Positions 60,680-64,000 of a stretch of DNA of 64,000 nucleotides are shown here, one piece after another. Position 1 is the first letter of the stretch, and each line of letters begins with the position of its first letter. The stretch is from an uncultured Acidobacteriota bacterium (GTDB lineage Bacteria > Acidobacteriota > Thermoanaerobaculia > UBA5066 > DATFVB01): positions 544,001 through 608,000 of the forward strand of contig CAWEYG010000003.1 of the NCBI GenBank assembly GCA_963813155.1. Reading direction: 5' to 3'. The position numbers and the translations under genes were made by a program. Below the pieces are notes generated by a model. That model had not been told where the DNA came from. It saw only the letters and a list, made by a program, of their open reading frames with translations, and searched no databases.

Positions 60680-61102
60680 ATGGACTTAGGCGCAGACAAG
60701 GGGAACATCCGAAGCGAGATCAACGTCACGCCGCTCGTGGACGTCTGCCTCGTGCTCCTCATCATCTTCATGGTCGTTACCCCCATGCTCGGCACGGGCG
60801 ACATCAGCCTTCCCCGAACGAGCCAGCCGTCCAAGAAACCGGAAGACCAGAAGCAGCTGGTCCTGACCATCAAGTACGCCAATCCTCCGATGTACGGCGT
60901 CGCCGAGAATCAATATTCCCGCGCCGACTTCGAGAAGGCCGTCGACGAGGCCTACCAGCGAAACTCGACGCGACCCGTCGTGATCAAGGCCGACTCCCGG
61001 CTCACATGGAAAGACGTGCGAGACGCGATGCGGGTCGCGAAAGATGCCGGCTTCGACAACGTCGGCCTCATCACGGACAAAAAGCAAAAGGGCGCCTCGT
61101 AG
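60680..61102 (+). CDS. exbD: ExbD/TolR family protein
   Basis: SEINVTPLVDVCLVLLIIFMV, IKAD. Confidence 0.9.
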   Translation: MDLGADKGNIRSEINVTPLVDVCLVLLIIFMVVTPMLGTGDISLPRTSQPSKKPEDQKQLVLTIKYANPPMYGVAENQYSRADFEKAVDEAYQRNSTRPVVIKADSRLTWKDVRDAMRVAKDAGFDNVGLITDKKQKGAS

Positions 61103-61132
61103 GCGCACGCTCACTCGGAGGGAGAACCGCAT

Positions 61133-61573
61133 ATGGAAATGGGAAAAGTCGGCGCCGTTCGCAGCGAGATCAACGTCACTCCGCTCGTGGACGTTTGTCT
61201 CGTGCTTCTCATCATCTTCATCGTCATCCAGCCGATGACGCAGATGGGCTACGACACCAACATTCCCCCGAAAGCCCCTCCGACGGAGACTCCCCAGCAG
61301 CCGCCCCCGGACCAGCTCGTGGTGTCTTACACGGCGGACAGAAAGATTTTCCTGAACAAGCAGGAAATGAGCCAGCAGGCGCTCGTCACCCAGCTGGGCC
61401 AGATCCTGGAGAACCGCCACGACAAGGTCGTGTTCTTCTCGGTCGACGACCACGCCAATTACGGCGAAACGATGAACGTCATGGACGCCGTCCGCAACGC
61501 CGGGGGCTACAAAGAAAGCGCGTCGGAGGGCGTCAAGATCGGGATCGTGATGGAGCCGGTGCCCGTTCGCTGA
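61133..61573 (+). CDS. exbD: ExbD/TolR family protein (second copy)
   Basis: SEINVTPLVDVCLVLLIIFIV. Confidence 0.9.
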   Translation: MEMGKVGAVRSEINVTPLVDVCLVLLIIFIVIQPMTQMGYDTNIPPKAPPTETPQQPPPDQLVVSYTADRKIFLNKQEMSQQALVTQLGQILENRHDKVVFFSVDDHANYGETMNVMDAVRNAGGYKESASEGVKIGIVMEPVPVR

Positions 61574-61600
61574 GAACCGCGACGGAATCCCGCGAGGTAA

Positions 61601-61627
61601 GGGCCCGCTCCAGCGGGCCTTCATTTT
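61601..61627 (+). terminator. Probable terminator hairpin after exbD
   Basis: GGGCCCGCT-CC-AGCGGGCCT followed by TCATTTT. Confidence 0.55.
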
Positions 61628-61645
61628 GAGAAGGATGGAAACAGC

Positions 61646-63880
61646 ATGACCTGGGAACTACCGATCATCTTCATCTGCTCCGCCGGAGCTCTCGTCTTCG
61701 CCTGGGGCCTGGCCCGGTGGGTGCTCCGAAGGGACACGGGCACTCCCGCGATGAAAGCCATCTCCGACGCGATCAAGGAAGGCGCCGAGGCCTTCATGCG
61801 GCGGCAGAACCGGACGATCCTTTTTCTGGCGGCTCTGTTCGCCGCGATTCTCTTCATCGGCTACGGCTTCGTGCGGAGTCACCACGACTTCGACCCGGTC
61901 GCGAGCTCGATGACCCTCGCGAGCTGGATCACGCTGTCCTTCGTCTTCGGCGCGCTCTGCTCGGTCTTCGCCGGCTACATCGGAATGTGGGTCTCGATCC
62001 GCGCGAACATCCGGACCGCCTCGGCCGCGCGCACGTCCCTGAACGACGCTCTCCGAATCGCGCTTCGGGGCGGGGCGGTTTCCGGGCTCCTGGTCGTCGC
62101 GATGAGTCTGCTCGGCGTCGCCGGCCTCTACGCCCTCGTGAACGCCGTCAGCCACGTCGAGGTGACGAAGATTCCCCTGCTGATCGTCGGCTACGGGTTC
62201 GGGGCCTCCTTCGTCGCGCTTTTCGCGCAGGTCGGAGGGGGAATTTACACGAAAGCCGCGGACGTCGGAGCCGACCTCGTCGGAAAAGTCGAGGCGGGAA
62301 TTCCGGAGGACGATCCGCGGAATCCGGCTGTCATCGCCGACCTCGTCGGCGACAACGTCGGCGACTGCGCAGGCCGCGGCGCGGACCTGTTCGAGTCGAC
62401 GGCCGCGGAAAACATCGGCGCCATGATCCTCGGGGCCTCGCTCGCCTCTTATGCGGACAGGGCGGGAATGGGATTTTCGGCTGGCATCGTCGGCGTGATG
62501 CTGTTTCCGCTCGTCGCGCGCGCGTTCGGCATCATTGCTTCGATCATCGGCATCATGTCCGTGAGGATGGATCGCGAAGAGAAGATGGATCCGATGCAGG
62601 CCCTGAACCGCGGGTACTACATCGCCGTCGTGCTCGCGATGGCCGCGTTTGGCGGCACGAGCTACTGGCTGCTCAACAGCCCGGCGGCCCCGCAGGCCTG
62701 GTGGCACTTCTTTCTCTGCGGCGTCCTCGGCGTCCTGACTTCCGTCGCCTTCGTCTACATCACGCAGTACTACACCGAGTACAAGTACCGCCCGGTCCAG
62801 TCGATCGCGGAGGCCTCCAAGACGGGTCCGGCCACGAACATCATCGCCGGCATCGGCGTCGGTCTCGAGTGCACGTGGATGCCCGCGCTCGTGATGGGCG
62901 CGGCCCTGCTCGGTTCGTACTACCTCGGCCGCGCGAGCGGCCTGCCGCACGCCGGCCTCTTCGGCACGGCCGTCGCGACCATGGGGATGCTCGCGACGGC
63001 GGCCTACATCCTCGCGATGGACACCTTCGGCCCGATCACCGACAACGCGGGCGGAATCGTCGAAATGTCACAACAGCCCGAAGACATCCGACGCAAGACC
63101 GACCGGCTCGATTCTGTCGGCAATACGACGAAGGCGCTCACGAAAGGCTACGCGATCGGCTCGGCCGGCCTCGCGGCCTTCCTTCTCTTCCAGGCGTACA
63201 TGGACGAGGTCGTCCAGTACGCCGGCCTCGGCGAAGGGTTCACCTTCCGCGTGGACCTGAGCAAGCCCGTCGTCTTCGTCGGCGCGCTCCTCGGAGCGAT
63301 GCTGGTCTTCCTTTTCTCGGCGATGTGCATCCGGGCCGTCGGTTCCGCGGCGCAGGCGATCATTCAGGAAGTTCGCCGTCAATACGCGAAATTGACCCGC
63401 GTGAACGACATCATCCAGTTTCCCGCCGACTTCAAGCCGGACTACGGCTCCTGCGTCGACATCGTCACGAAGTCCGCTCTGCAGAAAATGGTCGCGCCCG
63501 GCCTGCTCGTGGTGCTGAGCCCGATCGCGGTCGGTCTGACGTTCAAGGTCTTCATCAACCCCGGCGACAAGCTCATTGCCGCCGAGGCCGTCGCCGGAAT
63601 GCTGATGGTCGGCACGATCGTCGGCATCCTGATGGCGCTGTTCCTCAACAACAGCGGCGGAGCCTGGGACAACGCCAAGAAGTACATCGAGACGGGCGCG
63701 CACGGCGGGAAGTATCTGACCGGACCGGATGGGAAGAAGACCAAGAACCCGACTCACGGCGCCGCCGTGGTGGGCGACACGGTCGGAGATCCCTTCAAAG
63801 ATACGGCGGGGCCGTCTCTCCACGTGCTCATCAAGCTGCTCTCGACAATCACGCTGGTGCTCGCCCCGCTCTTCCTCTGA
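61646..63880 (+). CDS. hppA: Membrane-bound H+-translocating pyrophosphatase, K+-independent type
   Basis: DVGADLVGKVE, DNVGD, DNAGG, GNTTKA (Lys form), GDTVGDPFKD. Confidence 0.95.
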   Translation: MTWELPIIFICSAGALVFAWGLARWVLRRDTGTPAMKAISDAIKEGAEAFMRRQNRTILFLAALFAAILFIGYGFVRSHHDFDPVASSMTLASWITLSFVFGALCSVFAGYIGMWVSIRANIRTASAARTSLNDALRIALRGGAVSGLLVVAMSLLGVAGLYALVNAVSHVEVTKIPLLIVGYGFGASFVALFAQVGGGIYTKAADVGADLVGKVEAGIPEDDPRNPAVIADLVGDNVGDCAGRGADLFESTAAENIGAMILGASLASYADRAGMGFSAGIVGVMLFPLVARAFGIIASIIGIMSVRMDREEKMDPMQALNRGYYIAVVLAMAAFGGTSYWLLNSPAAPQAWWHFFLCGVLGVLTSVAFVYITQYYTEYKYRPVQSIAEASKTGPATNIIAGIGVGLECTWMPALVMGAALLGSYYLGRASGLPHAGLFGTAVATMGMLATAAYILAMDTFGPITDNAGGIVEMSQQPEDIRRKTDRLDSVGNTTKALTKGYAIGSAGLAAFLLFQAYMDEVVQYAGLGEGFTFRVDLSKPVVFVGALLGAMLVFLFSAMCIRAVGSAAQAIIQEVRRQYAKLTRVNDIIQFPADFKPDYGSCVDIVTKSALQKMVAPGLLVVLSPIAVGLTFKVFINPGDKLIAAEAVAGMLMVGTIVGILMALFLNNSGGAWDNAKKYIETGAHGGKYLTGPDGKKTKNPTHGAAVVGDTVGDPFKDTAGPSLHVLIKLLSTITLVLAPLFL

Positions 63881-63905
63881 GTCGGTACCCTAGCGTCGAT
63901 TTCCG

Positions 63906-63933
63906 GCCCCGCCGCGAGGCGGGGCTTTTTCTT
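63906..63933 (+). terminator. Rho-independent terminator after hppA
   Basis: GCCCCGCC-GCGA-GGCGGGGC-TTTTTCTT. Confidence 0.85.
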
Positions 63934-64000
63934 GTTCGGAAGGTTTCCGGTGAATGTCGGCGCTGACGAAATGAACGTCGGAGGGCGGCCGGAAAATCCC

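Overview
High-GC bacterial chromosome segment, probably Acidobacteriota (inferred from a Cys-rich insert in RpoB, a VWA-domain protein and a TonB/ExbBD block). Bases 1-24.8 kb are one minus-strand translation/transcription supercluster: rplM-rpsI-rpsB-tsf-pyrH-frr-ispD-ispF-rlmB, tRNA Thr/Tyr/Gly/Thr, tuf-rpmG-tRNA-Trp-secE-nusG-rplKAJL-rpoBC-rpsLG-fusA-tuf-rpsJ-rplC. Bases 24.9-35.3 kb and 44.6-64 kb hold mostly housekeeping genes. Between purC and lipA (35.3-44.5 kb) lies an accessory island. Its core (39.1-44.4 kb) is an integron-type gene cassette array: 10 recognisable attC-like sites plus 2 degenerate ones, each separating short minus-strand ORFs, with no integrase in the window (CALIN-like). 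One attC carries two inverted ~33-nt REP-like hairpin insertions, and one cassette is a decayed toxin-antitoxin pair. Many non-ribosomal genes have a TANNNT hexamer 6-9 nt before an SD-less start codon, suggesting widespread leaderless mRNAs. Six conserved genes have single-base frameshifts that are most likely sequencing or assembly errors, so pseudogene calls need caution. All family assignments come from motif recognition by eye; no database searches were run.
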